The notes: generated by a model not told the origin, from the letters alone. 40,182 nt of DNA from Chitinophagaceae bacterium (GCA_031364085.1 JANLVQ010000193.1:1-40182); one strand, 5' to 3'. Positions 1 to 9,705 are shown, numbered from the stretch's first letter. Made by a program: numbers and translations.

Positions 1-1116
1 GTCAGTACCAAAACCATCCATTTCAACCAATAGCTGGTTTAATGTATTTTCCCTTTCATCGTTGCTCATCATGGCATTTTTGCCTCTTGCTCGCCCAATG
101 GCATCTATCTCATCAATAAAAATAATACAAGGTGCTTTTTCACGTGCCTGCTTAAACAAATCTCTTACACGGCTTGCACCTACACCTACAAACATTTCTA
201 CAAAGTCAGAACCGCTAAGACTAAAAAAGGGCACCTGGGCTTCGCCGGCAACTGCTTTTGCAAGCAGCGTTTTACCAGTTCCCGGAGGGCCTACAAGCAA
301 TGCACCTTTCGGTATTTTACCACCCAATGCTGTATATTTTTTTGGGTTTTTCAAGAAGTCAACAATTTCCATTACTTCAACTTTAGCTTCGTCTAAACCA
401 GCAACATCAGAGAATGTAATATTCACCTTTGTGCCTTTATCGAATAAGGTTGCTTTAGATTTACCTATATTAAAAATTCCACCAGCTCCACCACCAGAAG
501 CTCCACCACCCATTTTTCTCATTAATAAAATCATGGCACCTACCATGATGATGATTGAGATTAATGAAGTACTAAAAGGACCAAAAAATTCTGGATCTGT
601 AATTACAATTATTTTAGGGGCAGCAACATTATTCTCTTTGCAATAAGTTTCAATTTGCTCTTTATACACTTTTGCATCGCCTATTTCGTATTGAAAAAGT
701 GCTACATCTTTAATTTTTTCAGGTGTATATTTTGTTTTAAATCTTTTTTCATAATAGGGTTTAGAAATACTATCAGATTTAATGTAAATACGAACAATAT
801 CTTTAACTTTTACAACTTCAATTTTGTCAATATCGCCTTTAAGCAACATGTTTTGTTTTATTTCTTGTTCGCTAAGTTTAGCTAATTCAGGTTTTAATCC
901 ACCACCTAAAAATGTTGAGCCTAATAGTGCAGCCAAAATAATTACATACACCCAATAAATATTAAATTTTGGGCCTTTTCGTTTAGGCTTTTCCTCGAAC
1001 ATTTTTTCTTGAAAAGATTTTTTTCTATCCAATTTAGTATTATCTGTACTTTCTGTTGATTTCGAGTTTTCTGATTCGATCGGTTGTTTATTTTCTATAT
1101 CTTTTTCGTCAGTCAT
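1..1116 (-). CDS. ftsH: ATP-dependent zinc metalloprotease FtsH, N-terminal 372 codons (gene continues past the left window edge)
   Basis: Absent from the ORF track because it has no in-window stop. The reverse-strand frame with positions 1-3 as a codon reads ...[70 protein letters not shown]...[13 protein letters not shown], a Walker A/B AAA+ module typical of FtsH. ATG at 1116-1114. A TM helix and a Gly-rich linker lie upstream of the AAA+ module. The + strand ORFs 62..646 and 655..885 are antisense artefacts. Confidence 0.93.
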   Translation of the reverse strand, partial: MTDEKDIENKQPIESENSKSTESTDNTKLDRKKSFQEKMFEEKPKRKGPKFNIYWVYVIILAALLGSTFLGGGLKPELAKLSEQEIKQNMLLKGDIDKIEVVKVKDIVRIYIKSDSISKPYYEKRFKTKYTPEKIKDVALFQYEIGDAKVYKEQIETYCKENNVAAPKIIVITDPEFFGPFSTSLISIIIMVGAMILLMRKMGGGASGGGAGGIFNIGKSKATLFDKGTKVNITFSDVAGLDEAKVEVMEIVDFLKNPKKYTALGGKIPKGALLVGPPGTGKTLLAKAVAGEAQVPFFSLSGSDFVEMFVGVGASRVRDLFKQAREKAPCIIFIDEIDAIGRARGKNAMMSNDERENTLNQLLVEMDGFGTD

Positions 1117-1137
1117 AATTTTTTTTTCGCTTAATTT

Positions 1138-1539
1138 TTAAATGCTGTGATATTCAGTTTCAGCATCGCTCCACATATCTTCTAACCTATAAAATTGTCT
1201 TGTGGTGCTATGCATGATATGCACTACAATGTTTACATAATCTAATAAAATCCATTGTCCACTTTGTTGACCCTCTTTTTTAAATAATCTTTCTTTACAA
1301 ACCTCAAGCAACTCTTTTTCAATATTTTCAGCAATTGCTTTTAATTGAGTGCTGTTATTAGTTGAACAAATAATAAAAAAATCAGAAACAGATTCAGGTA
1401 TTTTTCTTAAATCTAAACTTACTACATCCTCTCCTTTTTTATCTAGAATAGCTTTAATAGCTGTTTTAAATAGCTTTGAATTTTTGTTGAGTTTTTTAGG
1501 TGAGGGAGTTCGGCTTTTTAGTAAATTCAATGTTTCCAA
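1138..1539 (-). CDS. rsfS: ribosome silencing factor RsfS (iojap family)
   Basis: 133 aa. DFFIICS...QWILLDYVNIVVHIM...R.FY.LE.LW matches the RsfS/iojap signature. It lies 21 nt upstream of ftsH on the same strand, the usual rsfS-ftsH arrangement. Confidence 0.9.
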   Translation of the reverse strand: METLNLLKSRTPSPKKLNKNSKLFKTAIKAILDKKGEDVVSLDLRKIPESVSDFFIICSTNNSTQLKAIAENIEKELLEVCKERLFKKEGQQSGQWILLDYVNIVVHIMHSTTRQFYRLEDMWSDAETEYHSI

Positions 1540-1607
1540 TAATGAAATAATTTTTATTATAAATTTTAATACCTTAGGTTCTATTTATTTTCGCCAAAAA
1601 TAGTATT

Positions 1608-2366
1608 TTGTTTTCAACACATCAACCTTTAATCAAAATAGGAGAACCATTTATCAAACTTTTACAGGTTGAAAGTACCAATAATTATGCCTTAGCACTT
1701 GTGAAAGGAAATAAAGCACTATCTGGTGCGGTAATTTATGCTCAAAACCAAACTCAAGGTAAGGGGCAAATGGGCAAAAAATGGTTGAGTAATGAAAATG
1801 AAAATATTACTTTATCAATAATTCTTGATATTTCTAGCTTTCCGCTTCAAAAACAATTTATAATTAGTGCTTTTACGGCATTAGGATGTTATGATTTTTT
1901 TAAGAAATATGCTGGAAATAATACTGCCATTAAATGGCCAAACGATATTTATTTTAACGACAAGAAGGCAGGTGGCATTTTAATAGAAACCATCAACCAA
2001 CAAAAAAAAAGATGGGCTGTAATTGGAATTGGAATTAATATTAAACAAAAAGAGTTTCCAAAAAATTTACCCAATCCTATTTCTCTACATCAAATAACTG
2101 GCGAAATTTATGAGATAGAAACCATGTGCATTGATTTAATGGATTCCCTCAATAAATGGCTGCCTTTTTTGTATGAAAAGAACAATGAAATTTTAAAAAC
2201 ATACAATCAACATCTTTTTAAAAAAAATCAAAGAGTCAATTTTAAAAAAGGCAATATAAAATTTTCATGTACTATTAAAGAAGTAAATGCTTTTGGAGAG
2301 ATCTTGGTTGAAAATGGTTTGCAGTCTTCATTTCAACATGGTGAAGTAGAATGGATAAATGATTAG
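1608..2366 (+). CDS. birA: biotin--[acetyl-CoA-carboxylase] ligase (class I, no N-terminal HTH)
   Basis: VESTNNYA, GKGQMGKKW (the GRGRxGR-type biotin loop) and KWPNDIY..KKAGGILIE motifs. TTG start at 1608; there is no in-frame ATG before the conserved region. Confidence 0.85.
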   Translation: MFSTHQPLIKIGEPFIKLLQVESTNNYALALVKGNKALSGAVIYAQNQTQGKGQMGKKWLSNENENITLSIILDISSFPLQKQFIISAFTALGCYDFFKKYAGNNTAIKWPNDIYFNDKKAGGILIETINQQKKRWAVIGIGINIKQKEFPKNLPNPISLHQITGEIYEIETMCIDLMDSLNKWLPFLYEKNNEILKTYNQHLFKKNQRVNFKKGNIKFSCTIKEVNAFGEILVENGLQSSFQHGEVEWIND

Positions 2367-2428
2367 TTGCATTTATCATTCCATTTTACCTATTACATAA
2401 TTAGGCCTATATCGTAAATTTTTTAAAT

Positions 2429-2436
2429 TACTTTTG
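2429..2436 (+). promoter_or_regulatory. Bacteroidota-type -7 box TACTTTTG upstream of the permease gene
   Basis: Exact match to TAnnTTTG, 20 nt upstream of the ATG at 2456. No clean -33 TTG at the expected spacing. Confidence 0.4.
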
Positions 2437-2455
2437 GGTTCATTCAAATTTTTAC

Positions 2456-3724
2456 ATGACCTTAAAAAATTCTTTCTTTTTAGCATACTCAACAGTAAAA
2501 AGCAATAAACTTAGAACGGGTATTACTGTTGCTATTATAGCATTTGGTATTATGGCTTTAATTGGCATCATCACAGCTATTCAGGCCATGAATCAAAGTA
2601 TAACAGAAAGTTTTTCATCGATGGGTGCCAATGCTTTTACCATAAAATTTAAAGAAAGCAAGGTAAGGTTTGGAGGTAGTAATGATGATGCTACAGTTTC
2701 TAAGAGGGGTTTAATTCAAAAAAAATCAAACCTTAACAAACCGATAAAAAAAGATGATGCTGAATTTTTTAAACAAAATTTCAAATTCCCTGCTAAAGTG
2801 AGTATTTACTTAAGAGGTGCCAGAAGTATTGAGTGTAATTATGAAGATAAAAAAACCACTCCTGTTTGTGCTGTTTGGGGTGGCGATGAAAATTATTTAG
2901 ATGTTACAGGATATAAAATTATTGAAGGAAGAAACTTAAATAATATTGATATTGAAAGTGGAAGAAATGTTTGCATTATTGGAAGTAATATAGCAGCCAA
3001 ACTTTTTGGAGATTATCCAGAATACGCTATTGATAAAATTATTAGAGTGAGTGGTATGCCATACAGAGTAATTGGTTTACTTAAAAGCAAAGGCTCAAGT
3101 ATGGGAAGAGTTGATGATATTATTTTTACCTCTTACAACAATGCAAGAAAATTTAACGATGCAGCTTCTTCTTTTCTTATTGGAGTAATGGTTAATAATG
3201 TAATTGATTTAGATATTTCAACAGGTGAAGCTGCAAGTATTTTTAGAGCAGTAAGAAAATTACAACCAAAAGATGCCGAAAATTTTGTGATTGAAAAGAG
3301 CGACAAATTCGCTGAAATGTTTATCGGCTTTTTAAGTGGTATTTCTGGTGCAGCTGCAGTAATTGGTTTAATTACTTTATTGGGTGCAGCTATTGGATTA
3401 ATGAATATTATGTTAGTTGCAGTTAATGAAAGAACCCGAGAAGTGGGTTTAATAAAAGCATTAGGAGGTACCAGAAAAAATATTAAACATCAGTTTTTAT
3501 TCGAAAGCATGATTATTAGTGTAATGGGTGCTTTGGTTGGAATTTTTTTAGGAATTTTAATTGGTAATATAGCTGCTATTTTATTAAAAACAGGTTTTGT
3601 AATTCCGTGGGCTTGGGTAATTGGTGGTATTGTTATTTGTTCTGCAGTTGGGCTTTTAGCTGGAGTTTACCCTGCTAGTAAAGCAGCAAAATTAAACCCT
3701 ATAGTTGCCTTAAGGCACGAGTAA
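2456..3724 (+). CDS. ABC transporter permease, MacB/FtsX family (MacB periplasmic domain plus FtsX C-terminal 4-TM module)
   Basis: 422 aa. N-terminal TM helix, large extracytoplasmic domain, then NERTREVGLIKALGGTRKNIKHQFLFES and three TM helices, which is the FtsX-domain signature. No adjacent ATPase gene. Confidence 0.85.
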   Translation: MTLKNSFFLAYSTVKSNKLRTGITVAIIAFGIMALIGIITAIQAMNQSITESFSSMGANAFTIKFKESKVRFGGSNDDATVSKRGLIQKKSNLNKPIKKDDAEFFKQNFKFPAKVSIYLRGARSIECNYEDKKTTPVCAVWGGDENYLDVTGYKIIEGRNLNNIDIESGRNVCIIGSNIAAKLFGDYPEYAIDKIIRVSGMPYRVIGLLKSKGSSMGRVDDIIFTSYNNARKFNDAASSFLIGVMVNNVIDLDISTGEAASIFRAVRKLQPKDAENFVIEKSDKFAEMFIGFLSGISGAAAVIGLITLLGAAIGLMNIMLVAVNERTREVGLIKALGGTRKNIKHQFLFESMIISVMGALVGIFLGILIGNIAAILLKTGFVIPWAWVIGGIVICSAVGLLAGVYPASKAAKLNPIVALRHE

Positions 3725-5554
3725 TTAAATATCAATTTCAAGTTTTAATTTGTCTTTTAATTCTTTAACTAAAGGATATTGAGCCACCATTAAATTATAT
3801 CGTTCTCTACTATTTAAGAGTATTGGTCTATCTTCTTCATTTGCATCATTTGCATCAACATCAATACTAAAGCCAATTGCAGGGTTATTAAATGAAGTAA
3901 ACAACAAATCGGTTAATACAGATTTTTCTTGATCAATTGATTTTTGAGCTGTAATACTGGGTACATGAAGTTTAAAATAAATTTCAGAAACCAATTCAAC
4001 TTTTGCTGCTTGTATACTGCTTACTGTTGAAATTTTGCCTCCAACATCATCCAATTTATTTGCAAATTGTTTTAAACACTCTTCTAATCTTTCAATAGTT
4101 AAGGACTCTGCTTCTTTAATTGATTCAATGGTGTATTTATCACCAACCTTTTCTTTTAAAGCTTCTAATAGTGATTTTTTAGGTCCATTATTAAATGAAG
4201 ATGATTTTGGAGGAATAGGTTTTTTTTGTTCTGGTTGAGGTTCTAAAACTTTAGTAGGAGTTGCAGAAGTTGTTTCTTCTGGTATATATGAAGCAGAAAT
4301 ATTTTTTGTTTGATGTGGTTTGTTTTCTTGCTCCACAAAAAACTTGGCTTCTTTGGGTTGTTTTATTTGAATTGACTGAATAGCTTTAAATTTTATACCC
4401 GAAGATTGATCAATGCACCTTTTTTTTACAATCTGCCCATCTTGAACACTTAACTCTATAGCTTGCTGTAAAAAATTTAATTTAATCAGAGCAAGTTCAA
4501 TATGTAGTTTTTTATTACGAGCCATCTTATATGATAACTCAGACTCGTTTAAAATATTTAAAGCACTTACTAAATAATTAATGTCAATTTTGCCAGCAGT
4601 CTCAAAATATTTCTGTTGCATGCCTTCAACAACATCTAGTAATTGTGCAGCTTTAGCATCTTTGCAAACCAATAAATTTCTTAAAAATTCTGCAAAACCA
4701 TTCAGCACCATATCTCCTTCAAAACCTTTTCTATTAATCTCATCATACAATAACAAAGCAGCAGCTAAATCTTGTTGTTGTAATTGTTCAATGAGTTTAA
4801 AATAATAATCATGGTCTAAAATATTTAAATGTTCAATGGTATTTTGATAATCAACTTCACCACCAGAAAAGCTTACAATTTTATCAAGTATACTTAAAGC
4901 ATCTCTCATACAACCTTCACTTTTTTGAGCAATGATTTGTAAGGCCGATTTATCTGCTTTAATGTGTTCTTTATTTATAATTTCTTGTAAATGTTCAACA
5001 GTATCGTTGGTGGTAATTCTTTTAAAATCGAAGATTTGACAACGAGATAATATAGTAGGCAGAATTTTATGCTTTTCGGTTGTAGCTAAAATAAAAATGG
5101 CATAACTTGGTGGTTCTTCTAATGTTTTTAAAAAAGCATTAAATGCACTTGTACTCAACATATGAACCTCATCAACAATATAAATTTTATACTTTCCTGC
5201 TTGTGGTGCAAAACGAACTTGCTCCACTAAATTTCTAATATCATCTACAGAATTATTACTTGCTGCATCTAGTTCATGAATATTTAAAGAACCGCCATCA
5301 TTAAAACTTTGACAGCTTACACATGTGTTACAAGCTTCCCCCTGTTCACTAATATTGGTACAATTAATTGTTTTAGCTAAGATTCTTGCACAAGTTGTTT
5401 TACCCACACCTCTTGGTCCACAAAATAAAAATGCATGAGCCAATTGATTATTCTTAATTGCATTTTTTAATGTAGTTGTAATATGAGATTGACCAACAAC
5501 TGTATTAAACTCTTGAGGGCGATACTTACGTGCTGAAACAATGAATTTATCCAT
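3725..5554 (-). CDS. dnaX: DNA polymerase III subunit gamma/tau
   Basis: 609 aa. FCGPRGVGKTT Walker A, YIVDEVHMLS Walker B, CNTCVSCQSF zinc module, SRCQIFDF sensor motif, Pro/Lys-rich linker and a tau-type C-terminal region. Confidence 0.95.
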   Translation of the reverse strand: MDKFIVSARKYRPQEFNTVVGQSHITTTLKNAIKNNQLAHAFLFCGPRGVGKTTCARILAKTINCTNISEQGEACNTCVSCQSFNDGGSLNIHELDAASNNSVDDIRNLVEQVRFAPQAGKYKIYIVDEVHMLSTSAFNAFLKTLEEPPSYAIFILATTEKHKILPTILSRCQIFDFKRITTNDTVEHLQEIINKEHIKADKSALQIIAQKSEGCMRDALSILDKIVSFSGGEVDYQNTIEHLNILDHDYYFKLIEQLQQQDLAAALLLYDEINRKGFEGDMVLNGFAEFLRNLLVCKDAKAAQLLDVVEGMQQKYFETAGKIDINYLVSALNILNESELSYKMARNKKLHIELALIKLNFLQQAIELSVQDGQIVKKRCIDQSSGIKFKAIQSIQIKQPKEAKFFVEQENKPHQTKNISASYIPEETTSATPTKVLEPQPEQKKPIPPKSSSFNNGPKKSLLEALKEKVGDKYTIESIKEAESLTIERLEECLKQFANKLDDVGGKISTVSSIQAAKVELVSEIYFKLHVPSITAQKSIDQEKSVLTDLLFTSFNNPAIGFSIDVDANDANEEDRPILLNSRERYNLMVAQYPLVKELKDKLKLEIDI

Positions 5555-5592
5555 ACAAGTTGCAAGTTAAGGGTTCAACTATTTTTAAGCAC

Positions 5593-5623
5593 AAAAAAAA
5601 GGAATAAGTTTTAAACTCATTCC
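5593..5623 (-). terminator. Rho-independent terminator of the Cys-rich gene
   Basis: On the minus strand GGAATGAGTT-TAA-AACTTATTCC (10-bp stem, one mismatch; 5601-5623) is followed directly by T8 (5593-5600). It starts 27 nt after the stop at 5650. Confidence 0.65.
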
Positions 5624-5649
5624 CTTTTAAACATTTTTAATCCTTTTCT

Positions 5650-6051
5650 CTAGGCTTTCTTACATTCTTTACCACAAACATGTCCTTTTTCTCCATGTGC
5701 CATAATACATTTTCCAGCTTTTTTGCAAGCATCGGTGCAAACATGAGCTTTCATGTCTTTACTGCAACAGGCTTTAGTACATTTTTCTCCCTTTGCCATA
5801 ACACATTTGCCTACTTTTTTGCAAGCATTGGTGCAAACATGAGCTTTCATGTCTTTACTGCAACAGGCTTTAGTACATTTTTCACCATGTGCCATAATAC
5901 ATTTACCTGCTTTTTTACAAGCATCGGTGCAAATATGTTCTTTCATAGCCATTTTTTCTTTTGAAGCTTTTTCTTTTACAGGTGTAGTTTGTGCCGAAAC
6001 AACAAAACCAATGCCCATTATCAATAGAAAGCTCATCAATAATTTTTTCAT
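5650..6051 (-). CDS. secreted Cys/His/Lys-rich tandem-repeat protein, putative metal-binding
   Basis: 133 aa. Signal peptide MKKLLMSFLLIMGIGFVVSA|Q. The mature part has 17 Cys and 6 His in 2.5 copies of a 32-aa unit, H-[IV]-C-T-[DN]-A-C-K-K-x-G-K-C-x-M-A-x-G-E-K-C-T-K-A-C-C-S-K-D-M-K-A. It has its own terminator. Confidence 0.75.
   Translation of the reverse strand: MKKLLMSFLLIMGIGFVVSAQTTPVKEKASKEKMAMKEHICTDACKKAGKCIMAHGEKCTKACCSKDMKAHVCTNACKKVGKCVMAKGEKCTKACCSKDMKAHVCTDACKKAGKCIMAHGEKGHVCGKECKKA
5686..5950. repeat. 96-nt in-frame tandem repeat (about 2.7 copies) inside the Cys-rich gene
   Basis: Units start at 5701, 5797 and 5893. Copies 1 and 2 share a block of about 70 nt with one difference (ttttttgcaagcat[c/t]ggtgcaaacatgagctttcatgtctttactgcaacaggctttagtacatttttc). 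Confidence 0.9.
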
Positions 6052-6113
6052 TTTATTTTTTTTTGTTAGATGATATAATAGAGATACAAAAGTTTACAAA
6101 ATTCATACCATGA

Positions 6114-7289
6114 TTATTTATAATCCATAATAGGATGTCTTTCGAATGGAAAATCGTTTTCATTAAATATTAAACGATAAGTTACCATTCTTCTACTTTG
6201 TGTGCCTCCTAAACTCTTATAAATATTATGCATTTTCGGATTCCAATCTCCTGCCCAACCCATTTCATAACTATCGTACCAGTTTTTATGCTGCATAAAA
6301 TAACTACACGATTGAATTAAAAAACTATCAATTCCTAATGCTTGATATTTTGGCACTACACCAAAAGCAAGCCCAGTAAGCTTTTTACGTTTCATTGTTT
6401 TCTTCATCCATAATAATCTCAGTTTATTTAGTAACGTGAGTTTGCCATTAAAATATTTGAAATATTGATTTACATCTGGAATATTAATGAACATAGCAAT
6501 AGGCTCTTCTTTGTAATAGGCAAACCAAATTACTCTTTCATCCATAATGGGTTTCATGGTTTTAAAAAGTTTTTCTACCTCTTCTTTTGTAATAGCTTTT
6601 GCTTCTCCATGCTGTGCCCATGCAGCATTATAAACAGTTACAAAATCGTTAGCGTATTTATCAAGTTGATTAGATTCTACATGACTTGCACTATAGTCTG
6701 GTTTCGATTTGAACTTATGATATCTTTCTTGAAATCTTGTTGGCAAATCATCATCCACACTCATTGAAAACCAATACTGATTGTAGTAATTTTTAAAACC
6801 ATAATTTTCAAAAAGCTCTTGATAATAAATTGGATTGAAAGGCATTCCATAAACAGGTTCTTTTTCAAAACCTTCAACCATTAATCCCCAATACTTATCT
6901 CTATCGCCAAAATTAATTGGTCCATCCATGGCTTCCATGCCTTGCTCAAATAACCATTTTTTTGCAGTATCGAATAATAAATTTGCAGCTTCTTGTTGTT
7001 GAATAGATTCAAAAAAACCAATGCCCCCTGTTAAGAACTCAGTTCCTTTACATATATATCTTGAATTGGTAAAAGCAGCTATTCTGCCTATTAATTGATT
7101 GCTATCATTTTTTAAAATCCATCTTTTTGCAGTACCATATTTAAAAATTTTATTGATTGATGGATTAAAAATATCCTTGACCTCTTTATCTAATGGTCGA
7201 ATATAATTGGAGGTGTTTTTATTGATGAATACACTGGTTAAAATAAATTCTTCCTCAGTTTTTTTGTCACTAACTTCTACAATGTGCAT
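6114..7289 (-). CDS. GNAT-fold acyltransferase-like protein (about 390-aa Bacteroidota family, function unknown)
   Basis: 391 aa. The architecture resembles the long GNAT family N-acetyltransferase proteins of Flavobacteriia/Sphingobacteriia (N-terminal ..W.L..D....GRIAAF.., central MDGPINFG). Assigned from memory of that family, not from a search. Confidence 0.5.
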   Translation of the reverse strand: MHIVEVSDKKTEEEFILTSVFINKNTSNYIRPLDKEVKDIFNPSINKIFKYGTAKRWILKNDSNQLIGRIAAFTNSRYICKGTEFLTGGIGFFESIQQQEAANLLFDTAKKWLFEQGMEAMDGPINFGDRDKYWGLMVEGFEKEPVYGMPFNPIYYQELFENYGFKNYYNQYWFSMSVDDDLPTRFQERYHKFKSKPDYSASHVESNQLDKYANDFVTVYNAAWAQHGEAKAITKEEVEKLFKTMKPIMDERVIWFAYYKEEPIAMFINIPDVNQYFKYFNGKLTLLNKLRLLWMKKTMKRKKLTGLAFGVVPKYQALGIDSFLIQSCSYFMQHKNWYDSYEMGWAGDWNPKMHNIYKSLGGTQSRRMVTYRLIFNENDFPFERHPIMDYK

Positions 7290-7336
7290 AATAAATTTTC
7301 TTGGTGCAAGATAAATGAAAATAAAAAATGGTTGAG

Positions 7337-9592
7337 CTATTCTTCAGCATCGAAACGATCTACACTTTGAATGCCGTCTAGCTTTTTTAAATTAATAACC
7401 AACTCTTCCAACTCTTCCTTATCTCTTACAAAAACTTTTATCATTCCTTCAAAAACACCAGATTCACTATCAATACTAAGACCTGCAATATTAATTTTCA
7501 TTTGTCCACTTATAATATTCGTGATTTTATTTACAATTCCAACATCATCTAAACCAATAATTTTTAATCCAGTTAAAAAAGAAATTTCTTTATTTTTTGC
7601 CCATTTAGTTTTTACAATTCTATGTCCATAATTGGACATGAGTTGTGTTGCATTTGGGCAATTGGTTCTATGAATTACCATGCCTTTACCGATGCTTACA
7701 AAACCAAAAACATTATCGCCTGGTATAGGGTTACAGCTTTTGGCTAATTGATATTGAATTTGATCGCTGCTTTCGCCAAAAATAATTAACTCAGTTTCTT
7801 TTTTAGAGTATTGTTTATTACTGGGATCAAAAGGAGGTTCAATTTTTTCTACAATAATTGGTTTGGGCTGCTCTAGTTTATTTCCAACAACTGTAAAGTC
7901 TTTTAATTCTTTTAAATCAATATTTTTTATTGCGATTCTGTACAACAACTCAAGCTGAGAACTGAGTTTATAAAAAATAGCTACTTCATCAATATTTGAA
8001 GTGTTAAAAGCAGCACCTAGTCCTTCTAACTTTCTTTGCAAAATATACTTTCCATCTTCGGCAACTTTTCTTTTTTCTTCACGTAAAGCATCTTTTATTT
8101 TAGCTTTTGCTTTAGCAGTAACTACGTGTTGCAACCAATCTTCATTTGGCTTTTGTTTGTTACTGGTAATAATTTCAATTTGATCTCCACTACGTAGTTT
8201 ATGGCTTATAGGTACTAACTTATGATGCACTTTTGCACCAATACATTTACTACCAACTGCAGAGTGAATAGCAAAAGCAAAATCAAGTGCAGAGCTACCT
8301 TTAGGCAACATTTTAATTTCGCCTTTTGGTGTGTACACATAAATTTCTTCTGCAAGAAAAGAGGTTTTAAAATCTTGCAAAAAATCTATTCCATCTGTAT
8401 CCTGACTATTTATAACCTCTCTTATCTGTGTAAACCATTTATCAAATCTGTCTTCAACATTAGTTCCTTCTTTATATTTAAAATGAGCAGCTAATCCTTT
8501 TTCTGCAATTTCATTCATCCGTGCAGTTCTTATTTGAACTTCTACCCAACGACCCTGAGGTCCTAAAACTGTTGTATGCAATGCTTCGTAACCATTACTT
8601 TTTGGATTACTCAGCCAGTCTCTAAGTCTTTCTGGACGTGGATTATATGCATCTGCAATTACACTATACACTTTCCAACAATCAGATTTTTCATTTTGGA
8701 GCGTTGAGATGATAATTATTCTTATAGCAAACAAATCATACACTTCATTAAAAGTTACGCCTTGCTTTTTTATTTTATTCCAAATAGAGTGAATGCTTTT
8801 AGGGCGTCCATAAATTTGAAAATCTAGTTTGGTGTTGTCTAATTTTTCTTTTAATGGTTTAATAAATTCATTGATATAACGCGTTCTTTCTCGTTTGGTT
8901 TCGGCAAGTTTTTTGGCTATGTCTCTATAAATATCTGGCTCCAAATATTTCATGGATAAATCTTCCATTTCAGATTTAATGTTATACAAACCCATTCTGT
9001 GTGCAAGAGGTGTATAAACCCAAACTGTTTCAGAAGCAATTTTAAGTTGCTTTTCTTTTTTCATAGAGTCAAGCGTTCTCATATTATGCAAGCGATCTGC
9101 AAGTTTTATGAGAATAACCCTAGGATCATCTGTAAGTGTAAGTAAAATTTTTTTAAAATTTTCAGCTTGCTGAGAACTGTTGGCATCCATAACATTGGAT
9201 ATCTTGGTAAGCCCATCAACAATTTTTGCTATTTCAGTTCCAAACTCTCTTTCAATATCTTCTAAAACAATATCAGTATCCTCAACAGTATCGTGTAATA
9301 AAGCACAAATGGTGCTTCTAACACCTAAACCAATTTCTTCAACACAAATCATAGCTACTGCAAGTGGATGTAGAATATAAGGCTCGCCTGTTTTACGCCT
9401 CATGGTTTTATGAGCTTCGGCACTCATTTCAAAAGCAAGTCGAACAATTTCTTTGTCGCCTTTTTTAAGTTTAGGGGAGAGTTGACGTAATAAAGCCCTG
9501 TAATGCCGAAGAATTAATTTCTTTTCTTCGGCATCGGTTAAGTTATACTTTGCAACTTGATGTTCAGATTCATTTAATTGCTCACTAATCAT
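7337..9592 (-). CDS. bifunctional (p)ppGpp synthetase/hydrolase, RelA/SpoT homologue
   Basis: 751 aa. HD hydrolase motif (LLHDTVEDT), synthetase core (GRPKSIHSIWNKI, YEALHTTV), TGS domain (VYTPKGEI..LP.GS.ALDFAFAIH) and a C-terminal ACT-like domain. Confidence 0.93.
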   Translation of the reverse strand: MISEQLNESEHQVAKYNLTDAEEKKLILRHYRALLRQLSPKLKKGDKEIVRLAFEMSAEAHKTMRRKTGEPYILHPLAVAMICVEEIGLGVRSTICALLHDTVEDTDIVLEDIEREFGTEIAKIVDGLTKISNVMDANSSQQAENFKKILLTLTDDPRVILIKLADRLHNMRTLDSMKKEKQLKIASETVWVYTPLAHRMGLYNIKSEMEDLSMKYLEPDIYRDIAKKLAETKRERTRYINEFIKPLKEKLDNTKLDFQIYGRPKSIHSIWNKIKKQGVTFNEVYDLFAIRIIIISTLQNEKSDCWKVYSVIADAYNPRPERLRDWLSNPKSNGYEALHTTVLGPQGRWVEVQIRTARMNEIAEKGLAAHFKYKEGTNVEDRFDKWFTQIREVINSQDTDGIDFLQDFKTSFLAEEIYVYTPKGEIKMLPKGSSALDFAFAIHSAVGSKCIGAKVHHKLVPISHKLRSGDQIEIITSNKQKPNEDWLQHVVTAKAKAKIKDALREEKRKVAEDGKYILQRKLEGLGAAFNTSNIDEVAIFYKLSSQLELLYRIAIKNIDLKELKDFTVVGNKLEQPKPIIVEKIEPPFDPSNKQYSKKETELIIFGESSDQIQYQLAKSCNPIPGDNVFGFVSIGKGMVIHRTNCPNATQLMSNYGHRIVKTKWAKNKEISFLTGLKIIGLDDVGIVNKITNIISGQMKINIAGLSIDSESGVFEGMIKVFVRDKEELEELVINLKKLDGIQSVDRFDAEE

Positions 9593-9705
9593 GGTAACGA
9601 CGAATGTAAGAAAAACATAGATATCTTAATTAATACATAAAAAATATTAGAAGGCTTGTTAAGTGAATGGTGTAGTAAAACTGGAGCCTTATCTTTAATA
9701 AAAAC

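Noticed and set aside
62-885. ORF-track ORFs 62..646 (+) and 655..885 (+)
   Set aside because: They are antisense to a clear FtsH coding frame on the minus strand (Walker A/B motifs read directly). Their translations are low-complexity with no motifs.
2002-2010. A9 run (in-frame A AAA AAA) inside birA as a frameshift or phase-variation site
   Set aside because: A truncated biotin ligase has no functional rationale. I take it as the background frequency of Lys-Lys A-runs in this AT-rich genome, and it serves as a caution for the dnaX observation.
5680-6073. ORFs 5680..5964 (+) and 5849..6073 (+) with repeated MSFHVFTATGFSTFF segments
   Set aside because: They are mirror images of the tandem repeat in the minus-strand Cys-rich gene. 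The minus frame has the signal peptide, the terminator and the coherent Cys/His motif.
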